Assembly (NCBI RefSeq): GCF_001194135.2
Contig: NC_068983.1
Location: 158,711,548-158,767,507, forward strand
Source: Octopus bimaculoides
Lineage: Eukaryota
Reading direction: 5' to 3'
Length of the DNA stretch: 55,960 nucleotides
Made by a program: the position numbers and the translations under genes
Notes under the pieces: model-generated
Told to the model about the DNA's origin: nothing
Database searches by the model: none
The model's input: only the letters and a program-made list of their open reading frames with translations
Shown: positions 12,609-24,932 of the stretch, one piece after another
Position numbering within the stretch: the first letter of the stretch is position 1
How the letters are laid out: every line of letters begins with the position of its first letter

Positions 12609-13205
12609 GCCTTTGCACAGCTTCTAACGCTGGAGATGTTCTACGGTGTCAGCTATTCACTACCAGTGAACTAAAGTAACACCTCTTATTTTTCGAGCAC
12701 CTTCCAGAGTATTCGAGCGGTTCCAAGCAGTGCTGTTTTTTGCAAGTCCTCCACCCTTATTGCAGCCACTATTTGTACCACGTACTTCTCAAGATTTTTG
12801 CTCGGTGTTCGCAGGCTCAGACAATTATTGGTACTACTGCTACCTTTTTCATCGACCACAACTGCTTAACTTCCCAAGCTAACCTGTCATATCTCTCAAC
12901 TTTTCTTTCTTCCTTATCGCATACCTTGTTGTCAGCTGGGCATGCTATATCTATGATCCAGCATATTTTGTTTTCTTTCTGAATTAAGACTATGTCCGGC
13001 TTCCTATTCTCTATCTCATGGTCGCACTGAATCATAAAATCTATTTTCGACGATGCCTTCAGGTTTGTGGTCGTACCAATTTGGACTGTCAAGTCCATAC
13101 TTGTTGCAGAGTGTCCAATGGACAAGCCTGGCTATATTGTCGTGGCGTCTCATATTCCTTCTGGGCTTGTGGCGTACATTAGCTTGTAATATGCCATACG
13201 GCTTC
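12609..13205 (-). mobile_element. 5'-truncated Dong/R4-type RLE retrotransposon
   Basis: RRHDNIARLVHW..NWYDHKP..RKPDIVLI..WIIDIACP..KYDRLA-type RLE; (TTA)n on both sides. Confidence 0.9.
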
Positions 13206-13236
13206 AATTATTATTATTATTATTATTATTATTATT

Positions 13237-16200
13237 TAAAATAAAATATGGTCCGTTGTCTTCTGCCGAACCGGGGTCATCCCTTGACCCTAGGGTCACA
13301 GCAGGTCCTCATCTCCTGGAGAGTACACGGCATAAAATGTGTGCGGAACCTAGCAACACTATTTTCTGAAGTTCTCCTACGTTAATACTGCAAGGGAGTT
13401 TGTTGAGCTGCTTATCAAGGCCCATTTTAATTGGCCCTAACGCTCCAGTCACCATTGGTGCTGTGTTGCTTTTCATTCCCCACATCTTGGTGACTTCTAT
13501 TTCTAGGTCTTTGTACTTAAGTAACTTCTCAACTTCTTTAATGGACACATTTCTCTCTGATGGTATTGTCACATCTATCATTAAGCATTTCTTATTCTTC
13601 CTATCTTTGATGATTATGTCCGGCCTGTTTGCCTTGATATCTTCATCGATGTTGATTGGCATGTCCTAGAGTACTGTTACATCATCTTTTCCGGTCACAA
13701 TTTCAGGTTTATGCTGGTACCATCTTTCTGAAGTTGGAAGCTGGTAGTGTTTACATATCTTCCGATGGATATATTGCGCTACTCTATCGTGTCTATGAAT
13801 ATATTCGGTTTTTGCAAGAACTGTGCTTCCAGTTAAGATGTGGTCCACTGTTTCATCCTGCTCATGACACATTCTGCATTTCGGGTCAGTGCCATCGTTC
13901 ATTATTTTGTTGTAGTAAGCCCTGGTTGCCAAGCTTTGATCTTATGCTGCTATGATAAAACCTTCGGTTTCAGCCTTCAGTCCTGAGCTCTTCATCCATA
14001 CATGAGTGTCTCGTTTTTCTACGACCGGTTTGTTCACTCTACATGGGTGTCGGCCATGCATCGGTTTTTCTAGCCATTCTTCTTTGCTCTTCTTCTGGGC
14101 TTGTTTTTCCATCTCTTCCTTAATTCTTTTAGCAAACTGGGTTACTTTCTGACTCGCCTTCATCCTAGGTTTCTCCGTCATCAGTTGTTTCTTAAACCGT
14201 ACAGATTCTTTGTATACCGAGTATAGCTTCTTTACTTTATCATGCTGGTGCACAAGCTCCATTAGAGGATCTTTTGACATCTGAAGATATGTATTTAATC
14301 CTACTGTGGTGGGTTTTTTTAAGATGATTCTAATTGAGTTAGTTCTCTTCCTCCCATGCTTCTCGGTAAATAAATCCTGTTCACGTTCGCTTTGGGGTGG
14401 TTCATTTTAGCCATGGTTAGTAGTTTTCTGGTCTTGGAGTCTAGCTTCTTTATTTCGCTCATTTGCCAGTTGATTATGTTGAAACAGTAAGCTACGATTG
14501 GTACTGCAAGAGTGTTAATGGCTTCTGTTTTGTTTGCAGAGTTGAGTTCAGTCTTTGTTACTAACCGTAGTCTCCTGACGTGCTCTTTTCTAATCTCTTT
14601 CATTGCTGAATATTTTACGCCGTTACTTTCGTCTATGCCAAGGTCCAGTGCTCGTATTCTTGCTTCTGTATCTATGTGGATATCCACAGAACATGCCAGT
14701 TTGCCTCTTATGAAAGTAGATTTCGCGCATTTCTCCAGTTCAAACTGCATACGGATATCATCAGTGAACTTTTTAACCGTAGCAAGTAGACCTTGTTCGT
14801 CATTTTTTGAGTACATTTTCAGATCATCCATGTAGAACAGATGACTCCCTTTTTTCTTCTTGATCTCATATCCGTATCCGGTTTTGTTGAGCATGATTCT
14901 TAATGGTGCCAGTGCCAAGCAGAATATTAAGGGTGACAGCGAGTCCCCTTGGAAGATACCACTTATGATTTTGATTGGTCTGCTTGTTATTGATCCACTG
15001 GAATGGTTCAGCGTCAACGTAGTCTCCCATCTATTCATGCTGTGTTTCATAAGCTTGATGAGAGTCAGGGATACTTTGTATACTTCCATCACTTTCAGAA
15101 TCCATGAGTGAGGTTCACTATCGAACGCCTTTTTATAGTCGATCCATGATGTGCTCAGGTTCGTTTTCCTGGTTTTGCAGTCTTCAAGGATCATTTTGTT
15201 TATCAGCAATTGGTCCTTGCATCCGTAGCACACTCTTCGACAACCTTTTTGATCTGGTGGTAGTAGGTTGTTTTCTTCTAGGAATGTGTATGTTCTTTCA
15301 GTGATTACAGATGTTAATATTTTATACATTGCTGGTAGACAGGTGATTGGTCTATAGTTCTATGGGTTTTCTACGTCATTTGTTTTTGGTATTAGGTATG
15401 TCACTCCCTGTGTCAACTAGTCTGGGCTATTTTCTGGGTTTTTCATGACTTCGTTGTATGCTGATGACATATCTCCATGTATATCAATTAGCTGTGTGAT
15501 CCAGAAGTTTGGTACTCGATCTATTCCCGGTGGCTTCCAATTGCTGGCCTTTTTACAGGGCCAGGGTGACCTCCTCCTTTCGAATATCTTCCCATTCCGG
15601 TACTTCTTTATTTTCCAGGAGTGTTTCTTGTTCCTTAATCCATTCTGCATCCTCATTATGATGTTTTTCATTTTCCCATATCGTACTTCAGAAATTTTCC
15701 ATATCCTCTTTCTTTGGCGGTTGCTCAACATTTATTTGTTGTTTACCGAGTTTCCTGTAAAATTTCTTTCCATCTTTAAATAATTTGTTTTGTCTAAATT
15801 GTTTGTTCCTCTTTATATATCGTGACATTCGTTGTGCATTTGCTTGGATTTTTTGCTTTAAGTTTTCTTTTGCTTCAGGTATTTCATTTTTTTGTTTGAT
15901 CCCATGCATTTTGCATATTTTCTTGGCTTTTCTTTGGTTGACCTGGTTTCCGTGACTTATTTCGGTCAGTATTGATGGGTCGCCTCTCATGCATTGTACA
16001 TCCTTTTCTAAGTTTTCTCTCCATTTTGGTTGTCTTTTCTTCTGTTGAGCAGTTTTCTTTTTTAGTTTTATGCCTTTTGCTTCAGTAATAGCTGCAACTG
16101 TAGCATAGGCTAGTTGGTTTAGCGATGTTATATTTAGTGGTTCTATTGTTGTTGATTTTATCTCATCTATTACATTATCGCCAATTTTAATCAACTCCTT

Positions 16201-17060
16201 CAGGTTCTTATCCATACTGACTTTTGGAAAGGGGTCTCTGTCTGTACAGGTTCTTCTATCTCATTACCCACAGAGGGTTCCTCAAGTACATCCTCTTCTT
16301 GGTTTTCTGCAGTCCCTATTTCTATTTCATTTGTATTTGGTGTTATACGGTGAGATCTGTTGACTTTTTCTTTTTCTTTTATTTCTTCCAGCTCAGTGCC
16401 TGTGAGCCTCCTGTTTTTAATGATATCTCTTCGCACATTCCCTAACTTGTTGGAATCCATATTTAACCTTGAAGTTGGATTTTGTTGTCTCCATAAGTGA
16501 TAAGTCCTTTTTTCTAATGGTGTGACTATCGCCGTGTAGTATGCTTCCATTTCTAGTTTATACTCTTCCATTTAGTTCTCGGGTTTTTGCGTGTAGTATG
16601 GCTTGCATTGGTGGGGCTCAGGTTGAGGTTTTCCTCGGTTAAGTTGCCCACAGTTTCCTGGGAGTGGGTAGAGTTCGAATCAGTAACCAACTTTTCGCTC
16701 CCAGCTTGACTCCTCACTAGGGGGCGCGCACCTTGTTGACCCGCGAGACGAGTGATGCCGTATGGGTTATTTTTATTGACTTTATCCATTATTGGTTAAC
16801 TACTGGGCATATTCATGGTGATTGGCCACATATTCCTTGAGTACCTGAGTGTGCCCTATGCGTATCACACACATTGCTGGTTCCGCCTTCAAGGCCTTTG
16901 TCCATCTGACTCTAAGGGTCATCCGCCCTCTCCGCCGTCTCAGACTTCATGCACTTAAGGGAAGGTATCCCTTCAGCCAGTCTAACTGCCGTTGCCCCTC
17001 ACTTAATTTAGCACCACTGTCGAGTGCCGGCGTGCAAAACCAGCTACTTGAAGTTATAAG
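13237..17060 (-). mobile_element. Near full-length (about 3.8 kb) degenerate Dong/R4-type retrotransposon: N-terminal domain, RT, CCHC knuckle, RLE
   Basis: Consecutive ORF pieces: RT with [11 protein letters not shown] and [53 protein letters not shown]. Several stops and frameshifts; (TAA)n tail. Confidence 0.95.
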
Positions 17061-17184
17061 TGAGAGTTGAGCTTTTTTTGTGAACTAGTGATCATCATCC
17101 ATGCTCTTGGCATGCGACAGATGGTGAACAGAAGTGCTATCACTAACAAATACCTCATAAAGATCCGCACACACACATATATAC

Positions 17185-17340
17185 ATTTGGGCTTCCTTCA
17201 AGTTTACATCTACCAAATTTACTCACAAGGCTCTGGTCAGTCCAAGGCTGTAGTAGAAAATATTTTTCCAACTTGTCACGCAGTAGAACTAAACCCGAAA
17301 CCATGTGGTTACTAAGCTAGCTTCTTGACCACATAGCCAT
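17185..17340 (-). mobile_element. SINE family B head (decayed)
   Basis: Homologous to 17960-18126. Confidence 0.7.
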
Positions 17341-17344
17341 ATTA

Positions 17345-17567
17345 TATATATTGATTTCAAATTTTAGCACAAAGCCAACAAGTTTGGCTGAGGGGGTAAG
17401 TCGATTACATTGACCCCAGTGTTCAATTGGGTACTTATTTCATCGACCTCGAAAGAATGAATGGCAAATTCGACCTCGGGAAAATTTGTACTCAGAAAGT
17501 GAAGACGGACGAAATGCCACAATGCATTTTTTCGGCGTGCTAACGATTCTGCCTCGTCTCTGCCTTA
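17345..17567 (-). mobile_element. SINE family A, full length
   Basis: A-box gaatcgttagc, B-box gagtacaaatt and the family body. Confidence 0.85.
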
Positions 17568-17610
17568 TGTGAAATTATAATAGAAACAAGTTTACATTAA
17601 ACTAAAGGAT

Positions 17611-18126
17611 TACTCTTTTACTCTTTTTACTCTTTTACTTGTTTCAGTCATTTGACTGTGGCCATGCTGGAGCACCACCTTTAGTCGAGCAAATCAACCC
17701 CAGGACTTATTCTTTGTAAGCCTAGTACTTATTCTATCGGTCTCTTTTTGCCGAACCGCTAAGTTACGGGGACGTAAACATACCAGCATCGGTTGTCAAG
17801 CGATGTTGGGAGGACAAACACAGACACACAAACACACACACATACACACNNNNNNNNNNNNNNNNNNNNNNNNNNNNNNNNNNNNNNNNNNNNNNNNNNN
17901 NNNNNNNNNNNNNNNNNNNNNNNNNNNNNNNNNNNNNATATATATATATATATACACATACATGATGGGCTTCTTTCAGTTTCCGTCTACCAAATCCACT
18001 CACAAGGCTTTGGTCGGTCCGAGGCTATAGTAGAAGACATGTGGCCAAGGTGCCACGCAGTGAGACTGAACCCGAAATCATGTGGTTGGTAAGCAAGCTA
18101 CTTACCACACAGCCACTCCTACGCCT
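17611..18126 (-). mobile_element. SINE family B: tRNA head, internal (TA/TG)n microsatellite, conserved tail
   Basis: Head gcgtaggagtggctgtgtggtaag..ggttcagt; tail ..gtcaaatgactgaaacaagtaaaagag; an N gap falls in the internal microsatellite. Confidence 0.88.
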
Positions 18127-18180
18127 ATACTGAATACTTTGTGTAGCGTACAAATTTATTATTCCTTAACAAGAATAGTA

Positions 18181-18271
18181 TTGACAGTGACTTTGAAGTT
18201 TCGGCTTGCTTAGCCTCCATCGGACAGCCCGGTGAAGTCTAAGCAATCCGAAGTTTTGCAATCACTGTCAA
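18181..18271. ncRNA. 91-nt palindrome made of two inverted degenerate hammerhead motifs
   Basis: 43-position ungapped stem with 5 mismatches. Minus arm: CCGATGG-AGGC-taagcaa-GCC-GAAAC-ttcaaa-GTC. Plus arm: GACAGC-CCGGTGA-AGTC-taagcaa-TCC-GAAGT-tttgca-ATC-ACTGTC. Confidence 0.55.
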
Positions 18272-18272
18272 C

Positions 18273-18445
18273 GCGCAGGAGTGGCTGTAGTAAGAAACTT
18301 GCTTCCCAACCACATGGTTCCGGGTTCAGTCCCATTGCGTGGCACTTTGGGCAAGTTATCTTCTACTATAGCCTCAAACCGACTAAAGCCTTGTGAGTAG
18401 GTTTGGTAGACGGAAACTGAAAGAAGCTTGTCGTATATATATATG

Positions 18446-18485
<40 letters not shown>

Positions 18486-19337
18486 NNNNNNNNNNNNNNN
18501 NNNNNNNNNNNNNNNNNNNNNNNNNNNNNNNNNNNNNNNNNNNNNNNNNNNNNNNNNNNNNNNNNNNNNNNNNNNNNNNNNNNNNNNNNNNNNNNNNNNN
18601 NNNNNNNNNNNNNNNNNNNNNNNNNNNNNNNNNNNNNNNNNNNNNNNNNNNNNNNNNNNNNNNNNNNNNNNNNNNNNNNNNNNNNNNNNNNNNNNNNNNN
18701 NNNNNNNNNNNNNNNNNNNNNNNNNNNNNNNNNNNNNNNNNNNNNNNNNNNNNNNNNNNNNNNNNNNNNNNNNNNNNNNNNNNNNNNNNNNNNNNNNNNN
18801 NNNNNNNNNNNNNNNNNNNNNNNNNNNNNNNNNNNNNNNNNNNNNNNNNNNNNNNNNNNNNNNNNNNNNNNNNNNNNNNNNNNNNNNNNNNNNNNNNNNN
18901 NNNNNNNNNNNNNNNNNNNNNNNNNNNNNNNNNNNNNNNNNNNNNNNNNNNNNNNNNNNNNNNNNNNNNNNNNNNNNNNNNNNNNNNNNNNNNNNNNNNN
19001 NNNNNNNNNNNNNNNNNNNNNNNNNNNNNNNNNNNNNNNNNNNNNNNNNNNNNNNNNNNNNNNNNNNNNNNNNNNNNNNNNNNNNNNNNNNNNNNNNNNN
19101 TATATATATATATATATATGTATGTGTGTATATGTTTGTGTGTCTGTGTTTGTCCCCCCAACATCGCTCGACAACCGATGCTGGTGTGTTTACGTCCCCG
19201 TAACTTAGCGGTTCGGCAAAAGAGACCGATAGAATAAGTACTAGGCTTACAAAGAATAAGTCCTAGGGTCGATTTGCTCGACTAAAGGCGGTGCTCCAGC
19301 ATGGCCGCAATCAAATGACTGAAACAAGTAAAAGAGA
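18273..19337 (+). mobile_element. SINE family B, spanning a gap, inverted relative to 17611-18126
   Basis: Same head and tail in the opposite orientation. Confidence 0.88.
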
Positions 19338-20144
19338 GATGTGTGTGTGTGTGTGTGTGTGTGTTACTAAGTAATTCAACATTATTATGAAATATATCAT
19401 TTGTCTTACTCTCTCCTATTTCACCTCCTCACAGTACAACATATGTGAAACATTTCTTAATTTCTTCTACCTTTTATTACTTCGTCAATCCGATGGATAA
19501 TGTTTTGCGCCATTATAAATCCCAGCAATAATTTACCGACTTCACTGTTAGAAACCTGAATACCAAATTGTGCTTTAATGCTTCTTTCATGTAACACACT
19601 GTTCAATTTTCTTTGTCTTCCGGCATAATGTGGGTAACCTTCTTTATTAGCTTCTTTAGTAGCACGCACATAGTTTGGTCGGACTTAATTCCAGTTCTAA
19701 GAGCCTCTTCAACGATGTATGCCATTCGTACCTTTCATTTCTTCCGAGTCATTAACGCTGTTATTCCCAGAAACACGCTTCTTGAACTCTGACAATCTAA
19801 AGGGCAGTATAAAACACAGAAGGTATGACAAATTATCAAAATAATGACTTGACCTTTCTCATAATCTATTTAATCGGCTCATTTACTCTGCACCTATTAA
19901 AGAAAGGTTGCAAATATGAAATGTCCTCTTTTAATAGCACAATATTCTATCTCGACTGGTTATAACCAGCACAACAATATCACCGAAGATGTTATTGTTA
20001 GATTCAGATACATTAACTTACCACCATGATATATGGTAGTGTACTTAAATAACCTTGTTTTACTGTTGGGTTTTCTGACTAATTCGAAATATATGGAAGA
20101 ATTATGTGCAATGAAGACACCATTATTCTGAATAATAATAATAG

Positions 20145-20325
20145 TACTTCCTACTATAGATACAAGGCCAGAAATTTTGTAGGGAAGAAATAGTCTATTA
20201 CACCGACCCCAGTGTTAAACTGGAACTAAGGGATGAAAGGCAAAGTCAACCTTGGCGACACTTGAACTTAGAATGTAAGACGGATGAAATGCCGATAAGC
20301 ATTGCGTTCAACGCGCTAACGTGCT
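20145..20325 (-). mobile_element. SINE family A (decayed)
   Basis: Family body on the minus strand. Confidence 0.75.
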
Positions 20326-20331
20326 AGCACA

Positions 20332-20396
<65 letters not shown>

Positions 20397-20398
20397 TT

Positions 20399-20437
<39 letters not shown>

Positions 20438-20455
20438 TTGATGTTGCTGTTGTTG

Positions 20456-20835
20456 CGGTGGCGAGCTGGCGGAATCGTTAGCACGCTGGACGAAATGCTT
20501 AGTGGTATTTCGCCCGTCGCTACGTTATAAGTTCAAATTCTGCCGAGGTTGATTTTACCTTTCATCCTTTCGGGAACGATAAATTAAGTATCAGTGAAAC
20601 ACTGGGGTCGATGTAATCGACTCTTCCCTGCCACCAAAATTGATGCCCTTGTGGCAAATTTTGAAACCATTATTATAGTTGTTGTTGTTCACACCTCGGG
20701 TAGAATACTTAGCGCATTTCGTCCGTCTTTACGCCGAGATCAAATTCCGCTTTCGGAGTCGATAAAAAGAGTATCAGTTGCGCACAGGAGTCGATGTAAT
20801 AGACTTATTCCCTCACCAGAATTCGCTGACCTTGA
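20456..20835 (+). mobile_element. Two tandem SINE family A copies
   Basis: ggcgagctggcggaatcgttagc A-box and gttcaaattc B-box; a second copy starts at about 20700. Confidence 0.85.
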
Positions 20836-21085
20836 GTGAGAGAGCAGTGTATGCTATCAAAGTGACACTGGGGTAAAATATACGAAGCCCAGTATACCCA
20901 TCATGATTACCCGTCTGAAAACGGTATATCAGGCACATGCATCACAACCATACGTGCGCGACATAATGATTTCATACCAAGATAAACAGCGCACGACCTT
21001 GCAGGTGAGATCCAGTTAGAATTTTCGTCAGTTTGAGTAGCCCTTTGTTTAAGGATGATGAACGAATTACCCAACAAGACTTGTA
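20835..21085 (-). mobile_element. Retroposon family C 3' end
   Basis: gagtgagagagcag..aaagtgacactggggtaaaatatacgaagccc.. recurs at 24475-24810 and 26623-26792, and inverted at 45070-45270 and 45420-45650. Confidence 0.8.
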
Positions 21086-22679
21086 TGTCAATGATGATCC
21101 CACCCGATCACATATCGCCCAAAACAAACAGCACTCCAGAGATACCTATATGTCCTTCAACACTAAGTCAATGCTTTTTTTTTTTTTGTTAGAAAACTAC
21201 AAACGAAAACTGAGGGTGAAACTATCCAACCAAAAAGAGCTATCTCTTTCTCGCCAACTTTTCAAGAAATTTACTAGAAGTCAACATTTCCTCTCTCCCC
21301 TCCTATCTTCCTTTTCGAATCATTGTTTCAAAGATTTATGATGGCTTACTAGAAAATAGAAAATATCCACTGCAGGGCTACTAAAATATCTATTGCAGAA
21401 TCATGGGAACTTAATGCAAATATGAAACATTTTCTTGTCTTCAACGAAGTTAACATATATGAAACAGAGGTTGAAATAACAGGTATTTGTGGGAAGAAAA
21501 AGAAAAGAATGAAAATAAACTCTGAAAAGATAAAAACTATGCTAGAAATCGGGTTGCAAATGCTATGCTAAAGTAACAGCAAGAAACGTTTCTGCATAGC
21601 CAACACCATATAAAGCTGAACAAAGCAAAAACAGAAATAGAATAGAAAATTCGTAACATTGGCTGAAAAATGCAGTTCTCGAAACATGCGCGCGTATGCA
21701 CACGCACATACATACAGGTGCACATTATTAGGTACACATATAGACATGCACAGTTATGTAAATACAAATTTGTTAATACTAATGCTTTCAAATCCGTAAC
21801 AATGTATATACCTATAATCACTAAAATATATAAACTTATCTATTCTTCTAATAGATAGAGCTACGTGCACCTCGGTGGATTTAGGCTGCTTTGGAAATAT
21901 TCTACCTTTTCACTATTTCTATTTCATAACATCCACTCCTCAATAATTATGTTATCTGATATCGTATTCCCTCCTTTTATATTCATGTATTTAGACCCTT
22001 CTCTTTCGATGGAACTACAGCTTTCTAGTTTTCAGTATTTCTGACTGTTGAACATAATATCTATGAGAGCACAATTCATGTTCCGTTTATCTATTTTATT
22101 TCTGATGTTGAAGTTATTCCTCAGAGGAATATTAATGCACTTTAGATTCACCACCTTATGTGTGCTTGTATTGTTTATTTAAAGAGTGATCTAGTGTTGG
22201 AGAAAATAACTGAACATCTATTTCCTGTTTGCGCGAATTGTCACTTGTTGAGATGATGCACTAATGAAGAAGACAACTGGCTCTCACCCAAAATCCCCAA
22301 GTAACCTTCTCCAGAACTTGTCTTTATCAATAACAAACACTTCAGTATTTATCTTTTTGTAGTCGATATTTGAATATATGCTACTGTGTGTACTACCCCA
22401 ACGAAGGGCAATTTCTTTAACCTTGCTCGCTATTGATCTGCCTCTCTCAACTGCAACATCAAAAATGTGATGGAAATAGTTGTTAACAATCACCTTCTCA
22501 ATCATATTGAGTCCCTCAAAGACCACCATTATAGCTTCTATATAACCAAATCTACCAGTTCTTTTAGCCCATTCATCATTTGTTTCTCACCTATAAGAAA
22601 TTCAGCGAAATTAATGTTGCACTTGGTATCAGGAAAATACTGAGCGGCACAGTACTCTAGCTAACTCTATGAGCTTCGA

Positions 22680-23480
22680 CCGTCTTTGATCTCTTCAATT
22701 CGAACCTTTCTGTCAGATCGCAACATCACAGCGCACACTGAGGAAGTCTTCCTCGAACCATGACCTATCAACTCCGCTGAACTTATAAGTTTCAGTTATT
22801 TCTCCCACACATCTTCTACTTGTACATTTATTGCATACTTGCTGGCACCACTTATCACGCTCATTCCTATGCAGATTACACACATTTTTCCTCCTACGCT
22901 TCTACACTTAAACATCAACATACAACTTAGACATCTGCTAAATAACACTCCCTTCACGAACAGGCATCTCGAAACTTCCTCAACAATACATGACAATCTA
23001 GTATATTTCAGCGACAAACACACACAGTCACTACTCTAGCCACTCATCGACAACAGGCAATCAAATTTTTCAAAGTCCTTATAAATGCTAGACTCACAAT
23101 CTCTGGTTGATCGTTATTGACAACTTCCACATATGTAACAGCTAAAAACAATACATCCCAAAAACTAGCTTTCCACTACACAGTCAGGAAATACTTAAGC
23201 TCTGGTCAGCTACTGACTCTATAAAACTCAAATAACCCCACAATAGAATGCTACTTACATATGTGGGGGAGTGCTGCTGCCATAGTCTCACATAATCCCA
23301 AACAACAAGAAGAAAGTCATGCAATGTATTGGAATAGACTTATTCAGTAACACTCTACAGCATCTAACTGGCTAACAGACGCGCTGTCTATGCCTATTCT
23401 ACCACTATTACAGTGGACTCTGCTCTTCTGAACTAGCAAGCTGTATACTATCTTTACTCAAGTTCAACTAACACATGTAT
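22680..23480 (+). mobile_element. Decayed CR1/Jockey-group LINE RT fragment
   Basis: SIRTFLSDRNI and QLLTLYKTQITPTIE..HMWG, LCLFYHYYSGLCSSELA; many stops. Confidence 0.7.
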
Positions 23481-23569
23481 CCTTTAACATTTCTCTTTTT
23501 GTATCTTATTCTTCTAGCCCTTCACCAATCACTGTTCCCAGTCCTTTCTTCCTAGTACTTTAACTTGTT

Positions 23570-24240
23570 GGAATTCCTGTCCCGCGTTTTGGGGTTATGT
23601 CAAACAGCTGCTGTCGCGTGTGGGACGGATCTGTCTATCGGCCTAGTCCATAGTGATGATTGCACCGCCGCCCTCCTCTAATCGGGCAGGCTAGGTAGTT
23701 TTTCCTTTGCCTGGTAGCTGTGGTGAAAGAGGTTGCATGATAGACAAAGCTGAAAGGCATGAAGACAGCTACCTTCCGCTTTAGTAGACGTCTCATTGGC
23801 TTCTTCAAGTTTCACTTGGAAAGGAAATTGATGGTGGAGAGGGAAGTTCTGTCCTCGAGTGAGTTTACTGAAAGGTGAGTGAAAGTTGCGAAAATGGATG
23901 GAACTAAGTGTAGACTTGTGAATCTGAGAAAGGGAACTGGAGAGGGCACTTGCCCTTGGTGTTCAGGAAGATCTTCGACAGTGGGGTTCCTCGATTATTT
24001 CTAGAGGTCAGCTTGTATCAGGAGAACTACATCTGTATCATCCCACCTTTTTTAACCTTTCTATACTATGCATATTTCCCTTCGTTTTCATTGTAAACTG
24101 TGTATACTTTTTAATATATTTATTTATTTTGTCATTTCATTATATGTAAACTCCCACACTTTATGCCTGTTTTGTATTATCCCACTTGTCCTTCACCCTG
24201 GTGTTAAATAAGCTAAATCATTATTATTATTATTATTATT
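23570..24240 (+). mobile_element. Tx1/L1-like LINE 3' end with (ATT)n tail
   Basis: FLCLVAVVKEV..LIGFFKFHLERKLMVEREVLSSSEF..VAKM, then a pyrimidine-rich UTR. Confidence 0.6.
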
Positions 24241-24244
24241 ATTG

Positions 24245-24450
24245 AAGGCGCTGGGCTGGTAGAATCGTAAACACTTCGGGCAAAATGCTTAGCGGCATTT
24301 CGTCCGTCGCTACGTTGAGTTCAAATTCCGCCGAAGTCGACTTTGCTTTTCATCCTTTCGAGGTCTATAAAATAAGTATCAGTTGAACACTAGGGTCGAT
24401 GTAATAGACTTACCTTCTCCTCAAAATTGCTGGCCTTGTGCCAAAATTTT
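24245..24450 (+). mobile_element. SINE family A
   Basis: A- and B-boxes and the family body. Confidence 0.88.
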
Positions 24451-24474
24451 AAATCATTATTATAGTTATTATTG

Positions 24475-24810
24475 AGTGAGAGAGCAGTGCAAGCCATCAA
24501 AGTGATACTGGGGTACAAACATACGAAGCCCAATATACCCATCATGACTACTCGTCTGATAAGGGTACATCAGTCACATGCATCACAACCGTATGTGCGC
24601 GACATGATGATTTCATATCAAGATAAACAGCGCATGGCCTTGCAGGTGGGGCCCAGTTAGAATTTTCCTCAGTTTGAGTAGTCCATCTCACTCAAAAGAT
24701 TCCTGAATAAGGTTGTTTGAGGATGACGAATGAAACATCCATGTTTCCAGAAGTGAATTATTCAAACGCCAAAGAATTTCTCTCAACACATAGCTATGCT
24801 GCTCCCCCAC
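24475..24810 (-). mobile_element. Retroposon family C
   Basis: Homologous to 20835-21085 and 45420-45650. Confidence 0.8.
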
Positions 24811-24834
24811 TACTACTTCTACTACTACTACTAC

Positions 24835-24877
<43 letters not shown>

Positions 24878-24890
24878 CATTGTTATTATT

Positions 24891-24932
<42 letters not shown>

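Noticed and set aside
16990-17065. Twister ribozyme at the Dong 5' end (TAA..GCTGG..CCGGC..GAGGG)
   Set aside because: No P1 pairing, and the loop lacks the CCCAAGC-type pseudoknot residues.
19440-19800. Possible LINE linker relic (minus strand)
   Set aside because: Too decayed to assign by eye.
21660-21690. Hammerhead-like CTGAAAA..CTCGAAACATG
   Set aside because: No stem II pairing and the core is mismatched.
21900-22640. Possible LINE relic (minus strand)
   Set aside because: No diagnostic motif recognised.
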